From NCBI GenBank assembly GCA_943788175.1, contig CALSPG010000006.1:128001-192000 (forward strand): a stretch of 64,000 nt of DNA, in the 5' to 3' direction. Under the pieces are notes generated by a model. The model made no database searches. It saw only the letters and a list, made by a program, of their open reading frames with translations, and was not told the DNA's origin. This document shows positions 30,218 through 40,887 of this stretch, piece after piece. This stretch comes from an uncultured bacterium. GTDB lineage: Bacteria; Fidelibacterota; Marinisomatia; Marinisomatales; UBA1611. Numbering within the stretch: position 1 is the first letter of the stretch; every line of letters starts with the position of its first letter. A program made the position numbers and the translations under genes.

Positions 30218-31356
30218 TTTATACTCTTTTTAAAAAGGTTCGGCATACTAACCAGCATGTGCAATAATAATCCAATAGACATTATAATACTCGAAATATA
30301 GGGGAACAATCTTCCATAGTTCTTAACGGCTGCTAACACTGTTGTTTCTTCACCACTTGGACTTTCAATAAATGAAGCTTGATAAAATGTATAACCTTCG
30401 TGCCTTAAAGGTTTATTCATTTCAATTAAGACCGGCCTTGGAATATTATTTTCTATTAAATTTATATTTGAACTATAGCTTTTAGCCACCTCTGTACCGG
30501 GGTGCATAACTTTCTTAAAATCTTTCAACTCTATAGCAAATGGTAGGTATGTTTTTTTCTTTTGCAAGTTCATTACATATTGTCTTCCACCGACATTAAT
30601 AGTAGCTGGAACCGATTGTCCAAAAATAAGCCCGTAAATACCATCTGACTCCGTGAAACTACCAGAAACCTGATAAATGATTCCGGGACGGTTTTTCATA
30701 TCATCTTTGTCTCTTTTTATTTTTTTTAAAATAAAATTTTTCAACATTCCTCTAAACTGAATACCTGAAGGATTTGTTAGAGGCTCTAATGTTGCATTGT
30801 CCATGTAATCCAATATTGTAATGTCAAAATCTAATTTTTCATGCATCAAATTATTCCCATTTATGAACAATGGCTGTCCAAAAATAAAATATTGATCGTA
30901 ATTCACATCTGTGATATCTATGATAGCCAGCTCTGTTATATTATAATCGTCTACCGTATTCGACTTTGAACCTTCTTCAATAACCATACTACCTTCAGAA
31001 CTGAAAATAGCCGTCATACCAGCACCTACAAGGAGCATTACACCGCCGAGGTGAACGATTACCACACCAATCTTTTTCATTTTCCATAAATTTTGCTTAA
31101 ACATCATAGATACTAAATTAATTAACATTAATGCCAAAACAATTCTCCCACCAGGCAAGGGAATCGGACCAAAAGAAAAGAAGTATGATGAAAAGAATTT
31201 CAGTTGAGATGCGTATAAACCAATATCTCTCTGAGACACAGTACCCACAACGACTAAAATCATTAGCCAGACTAAGCTGTAAACAAATAATTTTGGACTA
31301 CTTAATAATTTGATTATTTTATTTCCCACTAGTATCAACTCCCTATTGAAGAGCAA
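30214..31356 (-). CDS. Cytochrome c biogenesis protein ResB/CcsB-like
   Basis: Three N-terminal TMs with a conserved His (VHLG), MNKPLRHEGYTFYQAS and a C-terminal TM; overlaps ccsA. Confidence 0.85.
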   Translation of the reverse strand: MLFNRELILVGNKIIKLLSSPKLFVYSLVWLMILVVVGTVSQRDIGLYASQLKFFSSYFFSFGPIPLPGGRIVLALMLINLVSMMFKQNLWKMKKIGVVIVHLGGVMLLVGAGMTAIFSSEGSMVIEEGSKSNTVDDYNITELAIIDITDVNYDQYFIFGQPLFINGNNLMHEKLDFDITILDYMDNATLEPLTNPSGIQFRGMLKNFILKKIKRDKDDMKNRPGIIYQVSGSFTESDGIYGLIFGQSVPATINVGGRQYVMNLQKKKTYLPFAIELKDFKKVMHPGTEVAKSYSSNINLIENNIPRPVLIEMNKPLRHEGYTFYQASFIESPSGEETTVLAAVKNYGRLFPYISSIIMSIGLLLHMLVSMPNLFKKSIK

Positions 31357-31898
31357 AATTTTTCAAAGACAGATTCTAGTTCCCGGAGCCCTTGTTGACT
31401 AACTGTAAGTTTTATAAAGAATGTTTTATTACCAGTAGGAAGAACGGCTGCAATTATCGCTTTTTCTTTATTTAAATTATTTACCATTTTGAATATCCTA
31501 AAAGCGCCCATTTTACTTTCTCCAGACTCAGAAAATTCAAGGATTTGATTTTCAGATATTGGATCTAGATTTATTTGGCCTCTCCACCTATTTACGTTTG
31601 CTAATAGGCCTCCACTAATGCCGCTTAAAGAAACAACAGAAAGATCGCCGACACCTGTTGAAAATGGGACATCAAAGCTAGCTAGTCTCATAGAATGCCC
31701 TTTTGATGGAATCCAACCCCTTGGTAAATCCCAGGTTAAGTTACTTATTACTTGTTGTTGGTTCTCTTCACTTGATCGGGATTGATTTATACCAAAGTCT
31801 TTTTTAGGAGTTCTATAATATTGAATATGTCGACTGTTATCACATCCAGCAAAAAAGATAAAAGCAAGACATAGGCTATGTTTTAGGAAAATCATCAT
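31335..31898 (-). CDS. Lipoprotein co-transcribed with cytochrome c biogenesis genes
   Basis: Lipobox FAGC; LPRGW, MRLASF, ANVNRWRGQ and FFIKL. Confidence 0.7.
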   Translation of the reverse strand: MMIFLKHSLCLAFIFFAGCDNSRHIQYYRTPKKDFGINQSRSSEENQQQVISNLTWDLPRGWIPSKGHSMRLASFDVPFSTGVGDLSVVSLSGISGGLLANVNRWRGQINLDPISENQILEFSESGESKMGAFRIFKMVNNLNKEKAIIAAVLPTGNKTFFIKLTVSQQGLRELESVFEKFCSSIGS

Positions 31899-31931
31899 AT
31901 ATTATTTATTTATCTATCTAATCGATACATG

Positions 31932-32441
31932 TTAATTTGATTTATTAGCGTAAAATAAATAAAGTATTATTGCTAAAAAGTTAAATAAAAGTTCTATGCC
32001 CGTTAGAATCTTGTTTTCAACATAAAATGTTATGTAAGGATCTACAATCATCTCCCAAATTGGAATATTACCGTTTTCTGGCTTTATTGGAAATAAATAA
32101 TAGTCTGTATTATTCAGCGGATACAGCCATTTAATCCCAACAGTTCTAGCTGTAATATAATCTGTAAAAAGATGGACGCTTGATCCTATAAGAATGATAA
32201 TAAAGAATGTTTTTATATTTTCATCTTTTCTCAATAAACCCACAAACCAGCCAAAACCACAAATGACAATCCAAATAGAAGGTGTGTGAAGTATACTATG
32301 ATGCTCAACTACGGACTTAGACCATAGTCCATCAATATCAGGAATTACTGCAGCAATTAGCCATAAGGCTAGCCACTTTTTCTCAAAAAATTTTAATCTA
32401 TGTAATAAGTAACCTGTTGCTAAATGAGAATTAATAAACAT
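31932..32441 (-). CDS. Membrane-bound metal-dependent hydrolase (YdjM-like)
   Basis: SH, PDID, HHSILH, HLFTD and LYP motifs. Confidence 0.8.
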   Translation of the reverse strand: MFINSHLATGYLLHRLKFFEKKWLALWLIAAVIPDIDGLWSKSVVEHHSILHTPSIWIVICGFGWFVGLLRKDENIKTFFIIILIGSSVHLFTDYITARTVGIKWLYPLNNTDYYLFPIKPENGNIPIWEMIVDPYITFYVENKILTGIELLFNFLAIILYLFYANKSN

Positions 32442-32479
32442 ATTTCTGCTTATAAATTTTCAAAAATTAAACCACTAGT

Positions 32480-34273
32480 TCAATTTTTCTTTTTACGAAA
32501 CTTTCTATTGTCCATAGAACGTTTTAATCGATTTTTAGGTCGATTACTAGATTTGTTTTTCTTAAAACTATCTTTCCTCGTTCTATCTTTTCTATTTTCT
32601 GGCGCTGGTCTAGAACCTTCAATTTTAACAATTGTCCCATTGAAGTTTTTTCCATTTAGTGCCCCAGCTAGTGATTTAGAAAATTTTTCATCAATTTCAA
32701 AAAAGGAAAAGCCTTTCATTATTTCAATTTTTCCTATTTCCATATTTTTTGATTTTAGATTATCGTTGATTAAACCTATCAATTTAACGGGGTTAACATT
32801 GTTTTTTGAACCAACATTAATATGAAATCGACTAAACTTGACTCTACTAGACCTATCTTTATTATTTCTAGATTTATCTCTATTGTTTCTAGGTCTATCC
32901 CTATTGCTACGATTTTTTCTTCCACCACCATCCCTAGAATCTTTTGAGTTAATATTTATATCTCTGGCATTTTTGTAATAGGAAACAAAACGGTTAAATT
33001 CCGCCGATACAAATTGTTTAATTAATTGTTCTCTAGATAAGCCTTCTAGCTTTTCATTTATTGTATCAAGGAATGGTTCTATCTTTTCATTATCGACTTG
33101 CACGCTTTTAATCTTTTCAATTAAAGAAAATAATTGTTTTTTGCAAATATCTTCTCCGGTAGGGACTAATTTTTTTTCAAAACGGACACCTGACAATTTT
33201 TCAATATCTCTAACCTTGCGATTTTCTCTGGAATGAACGATCGCAATAGAGATGCCTTTTCTTCCAGCTCTTCCTGTTCTACCGCTTCTATGGGTGTAGA
33301 CCTCAGGGTCATCTGGTAGGTTGAAATTTATTATGTGAGATAAGTCGTTTACATCTAAGCCCCTAGAAGCGACATCGGTTGCAACCAATAGCTGCAATTG
33401 CCCTTTTCTAAATTTTCTCATTACATCATCACGCTGAGATTGAGACAGATCACCATGCAATGCATCAGCATTATAGCCATCATATACTAACTTACTTGCG
33501 ATATCTTTTGTTTCTCTTCGTGTTCTACAAAATACGATGCCATAGATGGTTGGATTAATATCAGCAATTCTTTTAACTACTTCATACCTATCTCTAGCCT
33601 GTACCATGTGTACAATGTGTTTAACATTTGTAGATGCAGTATTGACTGGGTCAACTGCAACCGTTACTGGATTATTCATATATTGCTTTACAATAGATGA
33701 TAATTTTTTAGGCATTGTAGCAGAAAAGAATAGCTTTTGATTCTCAGTAGATATTTTTGATAAAATAAAATCAAGATCATCCTTGAAACCCATGGACAAC
33801 ATCTCATCTGCTTCATCGAGAATTACTCGCTCCACTCTATCGATGAAAAGCTTTTTCCTCTTTAATAAATCTTTTGTTCTACCTGGTGTTCCTACAACAA
33901 TTTGAGCGCGTTTTTTTATAGCTCTAATTTGCACGTCCATGCTTGCGCCGCCATAAATAGGCACAACACCAAGATTGTCAACATATTTAGAATAAGTTTT
34001 TATGTCACTAGTAACCTGCATGCACAATTCTCTAGTTGGGCAAAGAATAAGAGTTTGTGTTCTTGAATCAGATAAGTCTGTTAAATGAATCGAAGGAATT
34101 CCAAAAGCAGCGGTTTTTCCTGTTCCAGTTTGTGCAGAACCAATTAAATCATTATTGGAGTCCATTAATAGTGGAATTGTTTTTGCCTGAATTGGGGTAG
34201 GTTTTACGAAACCAAGTTCACTCAGTGATTTTGTAATTTGCTTACTTAATTTTATATCATTAAAGGTTTCCAT
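32480..34273 (-). CDS. DEAD-box RNA helicase with DbpA-type RNA-binding C-domain
   Basis: Q motif, AQTGTGKT, PTRELC, DEAD, SAT and HRSGRTGRAG. Confidence 0.95.
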   Translation of the reverse strand: METFNDIKLSKQITKSLSELGFVKPTPIQAKTIPLLMDSNNDLIGSAQTGTGKTAAFGIPSIHLTDLSDSRTQTLILCPTRELCMQVTSDIKTYSKYVDNLGVVPIYGGASMDVQIRAIKKRAQIVVGTPGRTKDLLKRKKLFIDRVERVILDEADEMLSMGFKDDLDFILSKISTENQKLFFSATMPKKLSSIVKQYMNNPVTVAVDPVNTASTNVKHIVHMVQARDRYEVVKRIADINPTIYGIVFCRTRRETKDIASKLVYDGYNADALHGDLSQSQRDDVMRKFRKGQLQLLVATDVASRGLDVNDLSHIINFNLPDDPEVYTHRSGRTGRAGRKGISIAIVHSRENRKVRDIEKLSGVRFEKKLVPTGEDICKKQLFSLIEKIKSVQVDNEKIEPFLDTINEKLEGLSREQLIKQFVSAEFNRFVSYYKNARDININSKDSRDGGGRKNRSNRDRPRNNRDKSRNNKDRSSRVKFSRFHINVGSKNNVNPVKLIGLINDNLKSKNMEIGKIEIMKGFSFFEIDEKFSKSLAGALNGKNFNGTIVKIEGSRPAPENRKDRTRKDSFKKNKSSNRPKNRLKRSMDNRKFRKKKN

Positions 34274-34403
34274 TTACTATCTTCTTTCGACTGTTTTATA
34301 AAATACGCTAATCAGTCTAGGGAACACCAAAAATTAATATCACAAAAGGTGTGCATATAAGGCTGTGTTAGGTCGTGAATATAGCAGTTAAATAGTTAGG
34401 TCA

Positions 34404-36080
34404 CTATGGAATTGGACCGACAATAAAATCCATTCGAATCTCTTGCCCAAAATCCGATGGAAAGGTTTTCAAGAGATTCTGGCCTAGATCATAAAACCCT
34501 AAAGTCCCTGCTATTCCAACAGAATCTTTTTGTCTCCACCATAATTTGTCTATTCCATCTTCATTAAAATCATTAAAAACAAATTGATAGAGACCGTCTT
34601 CGAGTTTTATCAAAACATCATAATCTGTATTATCTAAAAATTGAGATTCAGAATAATATACGTTTTTCTGATAATCATGAATGCTAAATGAATTTTGCTT
34701 AGCCCTTCCAAAATTATTTGTTTTTAATTTCATTATAAAAGTTGTTGGAAATACTGGAGGTATATTTATAATTGAAATAATTTTATTATCAATCTCATTC
34801 TCATCTTTTCTTCCATTTATTGTCGCTGCCTGAACACAAAAACTTTGATTGTTTTTTAAACCGGTCCAATCATTTATTGGTAAAATAATAGTCGTACTAT
34901 CCAAAAATTTCAAATCACCAGACCAGTGGTGTATTGTTTTTTTTCCAAATTCAAGGCCATAATAAAACTTTATTCTCCTTATTTGTTCAGTTCCAATATT
35001 TCTAATCAGTACTTTCGCGTCACCTAATGTTGGATTAATTCTGGAAAATCTATCATGTGAACTAGGATTTATAATATCCAATATTTCTAAATTTCTCTTA
35101 AAATTCGGAGGCCCAAAAGAAAATAACTGGTGACTAATTCTATATATTCCATCTTTTTCATCAAAGTCTTCCATTTTTTCTATTTCATAATCAAATTTAA
35201 TTGTCTGCCCAGGATTAACTAAGTGAGTCAATTCAAATATTTCTTCATGTACTTTTGTACCAGGGCACCAACCTGCTCTATCAAATGGCCAAGTACCTCC
35301 TTGAGGATATATTGGGTTGTTTCCACAATCTTCCCAAACATTCCAAGTATGTTCTTTTGAATCATTAATGATATAATGGTGTGATTTACTTACCCATTCA
35401 CAACAATAGTTAGGCCCCTCATGTCCATGCCCACTTATTATTGATTTAATACTAAACTCAGATGCTAGTGGATCAAGATCTACTCTTCTTGGCTTTAGAA
35501 CTTTATTCTCAGATATTTCACCATATTTGTACGTGTATCCGTAATGCCCATCATACGCTCCTAATGGATATAAGTTTTTAACTGACATAGAATTGCGAGG
35601 TGGAATACCTTCGATAAAATGAAATTTAAGATCTAACAGTTCTTGATTATTACCTATATGTAATTCTTTTTCTCCTCGCAGAAGTGGCGCATAATCTGTC
35701 AGGTCATAAACCCATTGCCAACCCTCTTTTCCTCCCATCTTGAGCCTTTTACCATATGGCGTGACAAAACTTCCAATTTTAAAAACTTCAACAGTATCAC
35801 TAACCGGAACAAAAAGCATTGCGTCCCAAATGTAATCCCACTCGCCGCAATCATATTTATCTGCTTTCGTCATGGAATCACATTTAAGAGTTTGAATCAT
35901 TAATATTTTTCTCCAATTATTTTCTGTTTCAGGAAAATTAACTTGTACTTCATACTGTGCGACCCAGCCTTCAGGGCTAGGAGTAGAAAAACTAATCGGA
36001 TTAATTGTTAAGGTATCCTCTGAAAATGATTTCCCACAAATTAAAACAGAGAAAAAGATTATGAAAAAACGAATTTGGAT
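34404..36080 (-). CDS. Peptide-N-glycosidase F-related secreted protein (start uncertain)
   Basis: CGEWDY, FVTPYG, DLTDYAPLL, SGHG, NPIYPQGGTW.FDRAGWCPG. The frame is open from 35900 up to a stop at 36087-36089 and encodes a signal-peptide-like segment. Confidence 0.8.
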   Translation of the reverse strand: MQIRFFIIFFSVLICGKSFSEDTLTINPISFSTPSPEGWVAQYEVQVNFPETENNWRKILMIQTLKCDSMTKADKYDCGEWDYIWDAMLFVPVSDTVEVFKIGSFVTPYGKRLKMGGKEGWQWVYDLTDYAPLLRGEKELHIGNNQELLDLKFHFIEGIPPRNSMSVKNLYPLGAYDGHYGYTYKYGEISENKVLKPRRVDLDPLASEFSIKSIISGHGHEGPNYCCEWVSKSHHYIINDSKEHTWNVWEDCGNNPIYPQGGTWPFDRAGWCPGTKVHEEIFELTHLVNPGQTIKFDYEIEKMEDFDEKDGIYRISHQLFSFGPPNFKRNLEILDIINPSSHDRFSRINPTLGDAKVLIRNIGTEQIRRIKFYYGLEFGKKTIHHWSGDLKFLDSTTIILPINDWTGLKNNQSFCVQAATINGRKDENEIDNKIISIINIPPVFPTTFIMKLKTNNFGRAKQNSFSIHDYQKNVYYSESQFLDNTDYDVLIKLEDGLYQFVFNDFNEDGIDKLWWRQKDSVGIAGTLGFYDLGQNLLKTFPSDFGQEIRMDFIVGPIP

Positions 36081-36107
36081 AAAACTTTAATGGAAAAAAT
36101 TAGATAA

Positions 36108-36881
36108 TCATGACTGATGACGAGTAAAAACCGGTTTCATTTTGGATGAAAGAGAGGGATCAAATGAATAACCATCTAAATTAAATGATAATATCTCTTC
36201 GGAGCTATCGATTCTATTATCAATGATATATCTCGCCATCATTCCCCTAGCTTTTTTAGCATAGAAAGATATCATTTTAATAGTATCATTTTTTATTTCC
36301 TTAAACTCTGGTGTAATAACAGCAACTTCTAAAAATTGATTAGCAATTGATTTAAAATATTCATTTGAAGCACAATTAATAATTACTTTTTGTTTGTGGC
36401 CTTTTAATTCATTTGAAATATTCATTGCAATACTACTACCCCAGAAATCATAAAGATTTTTCCCTCTACTGTTCTGAAGTTTAGTACCCATTTCTAACCT
36501 ATAAGGAAGCATAAGGTCTAAAGGTTTTAGCACCCCATAAAGGCCTGAGAGTATTCTAACATTATCTTGCGCAAAAATAACATCTTTCTCTGATAAGCTT
36601 TCTGCATTTAAGCCGGTATATGTATCACCTTTAAATGAAAAAAAAGCTTCTCTGGATATACTAGGGGCATAATCTGAGGTCCATGATTGAAATCTTTCCC
36701 AATTAAGTTCAGATAGATTTTGACTGATTCCCATTAAGTTTTGCAATTGGTCAGGTTTATAATTCTTTAAAATACTAACTAACTTATCAGAGTCTTCTAA
36801 AAATACAGGCTTTGTGTAAGCGTTACCTTTGGCAGAACAATCAGTTGAAAGTTTTTTAGCGGGAGATAATACAGTTATCAT
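36108..36881 (-). CDS. yaaA: Peroxide stress protein YaaA
   Basis: SPAK, ILSGLYGVLKPLD, YRLEMG and AKKARG. Confidence 0.93.
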   Translation of the reverse strand: MITVLSPAKKLSTDCSAKGNAYTKPVFLEDSDKLVSILKNYKPDQLQNLMGISQNLSELNWERFQSWTSDYAPSISREAFFSFKGDTYTGLNAESLSEKDVIFAQDNVRILSGLYGVLKPLDLMLPYRLEMGTKLQNSRGKNLYDFWGSSIAMNISNELKGHKQKVIINCASNEYFKSIANQFLEVAVITPEFKEIKNDTIKMISFYAKKARGMMARYIIDNRIDSSEEILSFNLDGYSFDPSLSSKMKPVFTRHQS

Positions 36882-36956
36882 AAATCAAATTTATTAAAGA
36901 ATCTGTATAAACATAAAACATTGTTTATGAAAAATTTAAATACTGATAATACATTT

Positions 36957-37100
36957 TTAAATTCTCGTTTTTTTATTTTTTTGTATTAAAAATGGCGATT
37001 GAATAAAGGACCTAAAACCAATCCTCATTTTATTCATTAAAGCATCGACATCTTCATCTTTAAATAATTGAGCTTTTTTTATAGTTATATTTTTTTTCAT
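36957..37100 (-). CDS. Possible small basic hypothetical protein (47 aa)
   Basis: Own translation MKKNITIKKAQLFKDEDVDALMNKMRIGFRSFIQSPFLIQKNKKTRI*; co-directional with both neighbours; no clear RBS. Confidence 0.35.
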   Translation of the reverse strand: MKKNITIKKAQLFKDEDVDALMNKMRIGFRSFIQSPFLIQKNKKTRI

Positions 37101-37157
37101 TTTTGATTTTATAATTACATACAAGCATTTATTGTAATAATATTTTCAGTAGTTTAT

Positions 37158-40058
37158 TTAAAAAAACCAGTACAATCGTATTCTTTCTTTAACCCAATTT
37201 ACATTGTTTGGAACTTTATTTTTCATCTCCCAGTTTTGATAAAGGGGTATTAGTATTGGACCAATAATTATTCCAACAGAAATATAGTTTGTTTCAGGAA
37301 GGCTTCTTCCAGTCGCAAAATCAAAAAACACATCTGGAGTAAAAAAGTTAGGGAATGATTGCCTTACGCGCACCGTAAAAATATTATCATCTGATGAAAG
37401 AAATGGATTTTCAATGTTAATTCCTCTAATCCCGCCACCATTATAGACCTTCTCAAGAACACTCAACCTGTTTCCAGCGTTGCGATCCCATACGTAGTTA
37501 TCAAAATCAGGACTAATAGAACCACTTAAAAAGTAATGATATTGCTTAGGAATATTATTAAAATGTAAAAATGATCCGGCATCTAATTGAATTTTTGTTT
37601 TCAACCCTTTCGAAAAAGTTTTTTCAAGACTTGCACCAATGTCAAATTTTGCAAAATTATTACCAGCATGAATCTTTGAAAAAATCTCATATGAACTTGA
37701 GAAAGATGGTTCCCAAAATGTTCCTAAACGCAATTTAACGGTTCCAAATTTTCCGACATTATAGATATTAGGATTCAATGCTATCGTCGATTTTATGCTA
37801 TGATAATTAAAAGAAATTTTCATATTATTTTGCTTATAAGTTTTTTGAGATCTATCGTTATCTTTTGCCTTAATAATAAATTTGATACCTTCTCTACCTC
37901 CACGAGAATCAAACACGGATTCAAATGAACCTGCGCTCAAAAACCCTAAATTATAAAATTCTTTTTTTGATCGGATAATTCCATTTATCTTTTTATTCTT
38001 ATCACCATAAAGCACAAATGCATTAAAACTCTTTTTGCCAAATCCAGCATCCCCACCATAAGAAAATAATAGACCATTTAAATTCCCATCATATGAGTTA
38101 TAGGTTGGTAGCCAAGGACTAATATTTATATCTGTATTATTATAGGTAGGTTTATCATAAATAAAATGAGGTTTTAATGGCCTCTTTGTTGAATTATTTG
38201 CTCTATTTACATCTGGCATGTATTGATCAGGGTCAATAATAATTTTTTTACATCCAATTGGTGTTTCTAATGTATGGCTACCTCCTTGAAACCTCACCCA
38301 CTCTTTGCCAACTTCCTTATTACGTTTATCATAAAATGCAACTTCGACAGGTACATTAAAATTTCCATTATTTTTTATAATAAATTTTCCATTTCTTTTA
38401 TGAGCCATATAATCAATGTATGTTGTACTATCGATCAAATTTTCGAAAAACCAACTTACATCCTCATCTAGGTGATTATTAAAAGAATTAATTAAATCAT
38501 TCGATTTGGGGTGCTTGAATTTCCAAGATTCGAAATAATCTTTTAAAATTATATCTATTTTACTCTCACCTATATAATGTTGAAGATATCTCATCATCAC
38601 AGCGACTTTTGAATAATTTTGGCCATAATTACGATATGAATAATTTTTATTAGATGAAATATTTAAAGGTTGCGCACCATCTTTAAGAGCATTGGAAGCA
38701 TAATTAGAATATTGAAAATGAGGCATATTAAAGTTTTTACCAATCCCAATTTTGTTTTGTAAAACATCTGAAAAAACTAACTGCGCATTCCTTCTAGCGT
38801 ATTTTTTTTCCCAATATCGAATTCCAGAATATTCTGTTAGACCCTCATCCATCCATGCATGATCCCTTTCGTTTGTACCTAAAATCCCATAGAACCAATT
38901 ATGTCCCACTTCATGCATAATAACATACTCTAGTAAATCTTCCGATGGAGAACTTGAAATTACAGTTATATTAGGATACTCCATTCCACCACCAGCTGAC
39001 ATATCTCCATCAACAGCTGAAATATGATTATAAGGATAATCCCCGTAAAACCTACTATACCAAAGTCCAGAATCATGAATATAATCTAATGACTTGCGCC
39101 ACATCCATGCATTTTTTGGTAGATACATACTCCATAATGAAATTTGTTTAGTGGAATCATCAAGCCAGAGTTCACCTTTTTGTACAATCCAGTTCGGATC
39201 AGCAAACCAAGCAAAATCATGAACATTATATTGTCTAAAATGAATAGTTTTGTTTGGATAAACTTTTAATGAATCTTTTTCATCACTTTTCTTTTTTTTA
39301 TCACTCTTTGGTTCTTTATTTTTAAAGTGTTTTGCTAATTCTTTTTTTGTAAGATTTTTTAAAGAGTCACCAATACTTGAAAGTGAATCTAACCAGGCAA
39401 GCTCTTTTTTACCATTAATCATATCCCCCGTAGCCATTAATCGATAATTTTCTGGTAGCGTAATTTTTACGTCAAACGTACCAAATTCGCTGTAAAATTC
39501 TCCCATATTTAAGTATGGCATTGGATGCCAACCCTCATTGTCATAAACAGCTGGTTTGGGATACCATTGCGTTATTTCAAAATGTTTTCCAGAATGACCA
39601 AGCCTTGAAACTACTTTTGGAAGTTTGACAAAAAATGGAGTTTCAATTATTATTTTATGTCCAGGGAGAAGTGGTTTTGGGAGATTAATTTTTGCAACGT
39701 CAATCCATTCAACATGAAAATCCCAATTAGCTTTTACACCATCAACATAAAAATCTAGACTATCTATATATCCCCGGTCCTTTTCTTTTGTATAAAGAAA
39801 ACGTGTACTACCAAGCCTAAGAAATTGTTTTGCTAATGCTGTCGAGTCATTTTTATAGGCATTTGGCCAAAGATGAAACCAAATAAAATTTAAGGTGTCT
39901 CTACTATTATTTTTATAGGTTATTTTTTCAAAAGCTGATAGAGTTTTATTAGAGTCATTCAGAGTAACATCAATATCATATGTAACATCTTGTTGAAAAT
40001 ATTCTTCACTTCGAATGAAAGCAAATAAAAAGAGTATAAAGAATGCATAAGACTTCAT
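37158..40058 (-). CDS. Secreted M1 metallopeptidase with probable C-terminal beta-rich domain
   Basis: QWYPK, HDFAW, GGMEYP and HEVGH...WMDEG. Confidence 0.9.
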   Translation of the reverse strand: MKSYAFFILFLFAFIRSEEYFQQDVTYDIDVTLNDSNKTLSAFEKITYKNNSRDTLNFIWFHLWPNAYKNDSTALAKQFLRLGSTRFLYTKEKDRGYIDSLDFYVDGVKANWDFHVEWIDVAKINLPKPLLPGHKIIIETPFFVKLPKVVSRLGHSGKHFEITQWYPKPAVYDNEGWHPMPYLNMGEFYSEFGTFDVKITLPENYRLMATGDMINGKKELAWLDSLSSIGDSLKNLTKKELAKHFKNKEPKSDKKKKSDEKDSLKVYPNKTIHFRQYNVHDFAWFADPNWIVQKGELWLDDSTKQISLWSMYLPKNAWMWRKSLDYIHDSGLWYSRFYGDYPYNHISAVDGDMSAGGGMEYPNITVISSSPSEDLLEYVIMHEVGHNWFYGILGTNERDHAWMDEGLTEYSGIRYWEKKYARRNAQLVFSDVLQNKIGIGKNFNMPHFQYSNYASNALKDGAQPLNISSNKNYSYRNYGQNYSKVAVMMRYLQHYIGESKIDIILKDYFESWKFKHPKSNDLINSFNNHLDEDVSWFFENLIDSTTYIDYMAHKRNGKFIIKNNGNFNVPVEVAFYDKRNKEVGKEWVRFQGGSHTLETPIGCKKIIIDPDQYMPDVNRANNSTKRPLKPHFIYDKPTYNNTDINISPWLPTYNSYDGNLNGLLFSYGGDAGFGKKSFNAFVLYGDKNKKINGIIRSKKEFYNLGFLSAGSFESVFDSRGGREGIKFIIKAKDNDRSQKTYKQNNMKISFNYHSIKSTIALNPNIYNVGKFGTVKLRLGTFWEPSFSSSYEIFSKIHAGNNFAKFDIGASLEKTFSKGLKTKIQLDAGSFLHFNNIPKQYHYFLSGSISPDFDNYVWDRNAGNRLSVLEKVYNGGGIRGINIENPFLSSDDNIFTVRVRQSFPNFFTPDVFFDFATGRSLPETNYISVGIIIGPILIPLYQNWEMKNKVPNNVNWVKERIRLYWFF

Positions 40059-40808
40059 TTAATGAAAAATATTATTAAATAAATCAGCTAGCCTAACTCC
40101 CGCTTGCATTAATCTCATATCTAAAATTGGTTTTGTTACAAACATATAATTATAAGTTAGGTTATTAGTTTCAAAACTATAACATACGTTTCTATACTTT
40201 TTAGATTCATTCGCATAAAATTCGAAATCTTTAACTATCCATTTAATGCACTCTGATTCGTCAAACTCTAAATTTAAAAAATGTGCATATTCAGTAAAAC
40301 TCAAGTTCTGATGTTCAATTAATTTCTCATCCCAAACCTCATGCAAGTTGGTGTCCTCACCAAACCATTTTACTTTTATATTGTTGCCCCCTCTATCCTT
40401 GCCATTACCAACATGTAAAGGCTGATGTAAATCACCAACAAGATGCACCAACCACTTAATAGCCTGCTTTTTTTCTTCTAAACTCATGTCAACAGAGTTG
40501 GCATTTTTAGAAAATTCATTTATTTTATCTACTAGTTTCCCAGAATGCTTTCCAATTTCATAAACTTCTCCATCAGGAATAGTAGCCCAATGCCAATCAT
40601 AAGCATGGTTCCAATTAGGATTTGATTTTATTCTATCTGCCCAAATGCTTATATAAGCTAAGTCATGATGACCAATAATATTTTTGATTTGACGTTTTGC
40701 TTTATTTGACAACCTATCTTCAGCAACTTTTCCAACAATCCGATGGCCAGTATTACCCCATCCAAAAAGGGTTGAAAAAAGAGTAAGAATTGATAATATT
40801 TGCTTCAT
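40059..40808 (-). CDS. S1/P1 nuclease
   Basis: Signal peptide then WGNTGH; WAD; HLVGDLHQPLH; NLHEVWD. Confidence 0.93.
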   Translation of the reverse strand: MKQILSILTLFSTLFGWGNTGHRIVGKVAEDRLSNKAKRQIKNIIGHHDLAYISIWADRIKSNPNWNHAYDWHWATIPDGEVYEIGKHSGKLVDKINEFSKNANSVDMSLEEKKQAIKWLVHLVGDLHQPLHVGNGKDRGGNNIKVKWFGEDTNLHEVWDEKLIEHQNLSFTEYAHFLNLEFDESECIKWIVKDFEFYANESKKYRNVCYSFETNNLTYNYMFVTKPILDMRLMQAGVRLADLFNNIFH

Positions 40809-40887
40809 TTCATTATGTAGTGAAAAATTAGATATAAAACATTTTTCTAATGTAAAGAAAATTTTTAAACAAATTATGAAAGAATAT

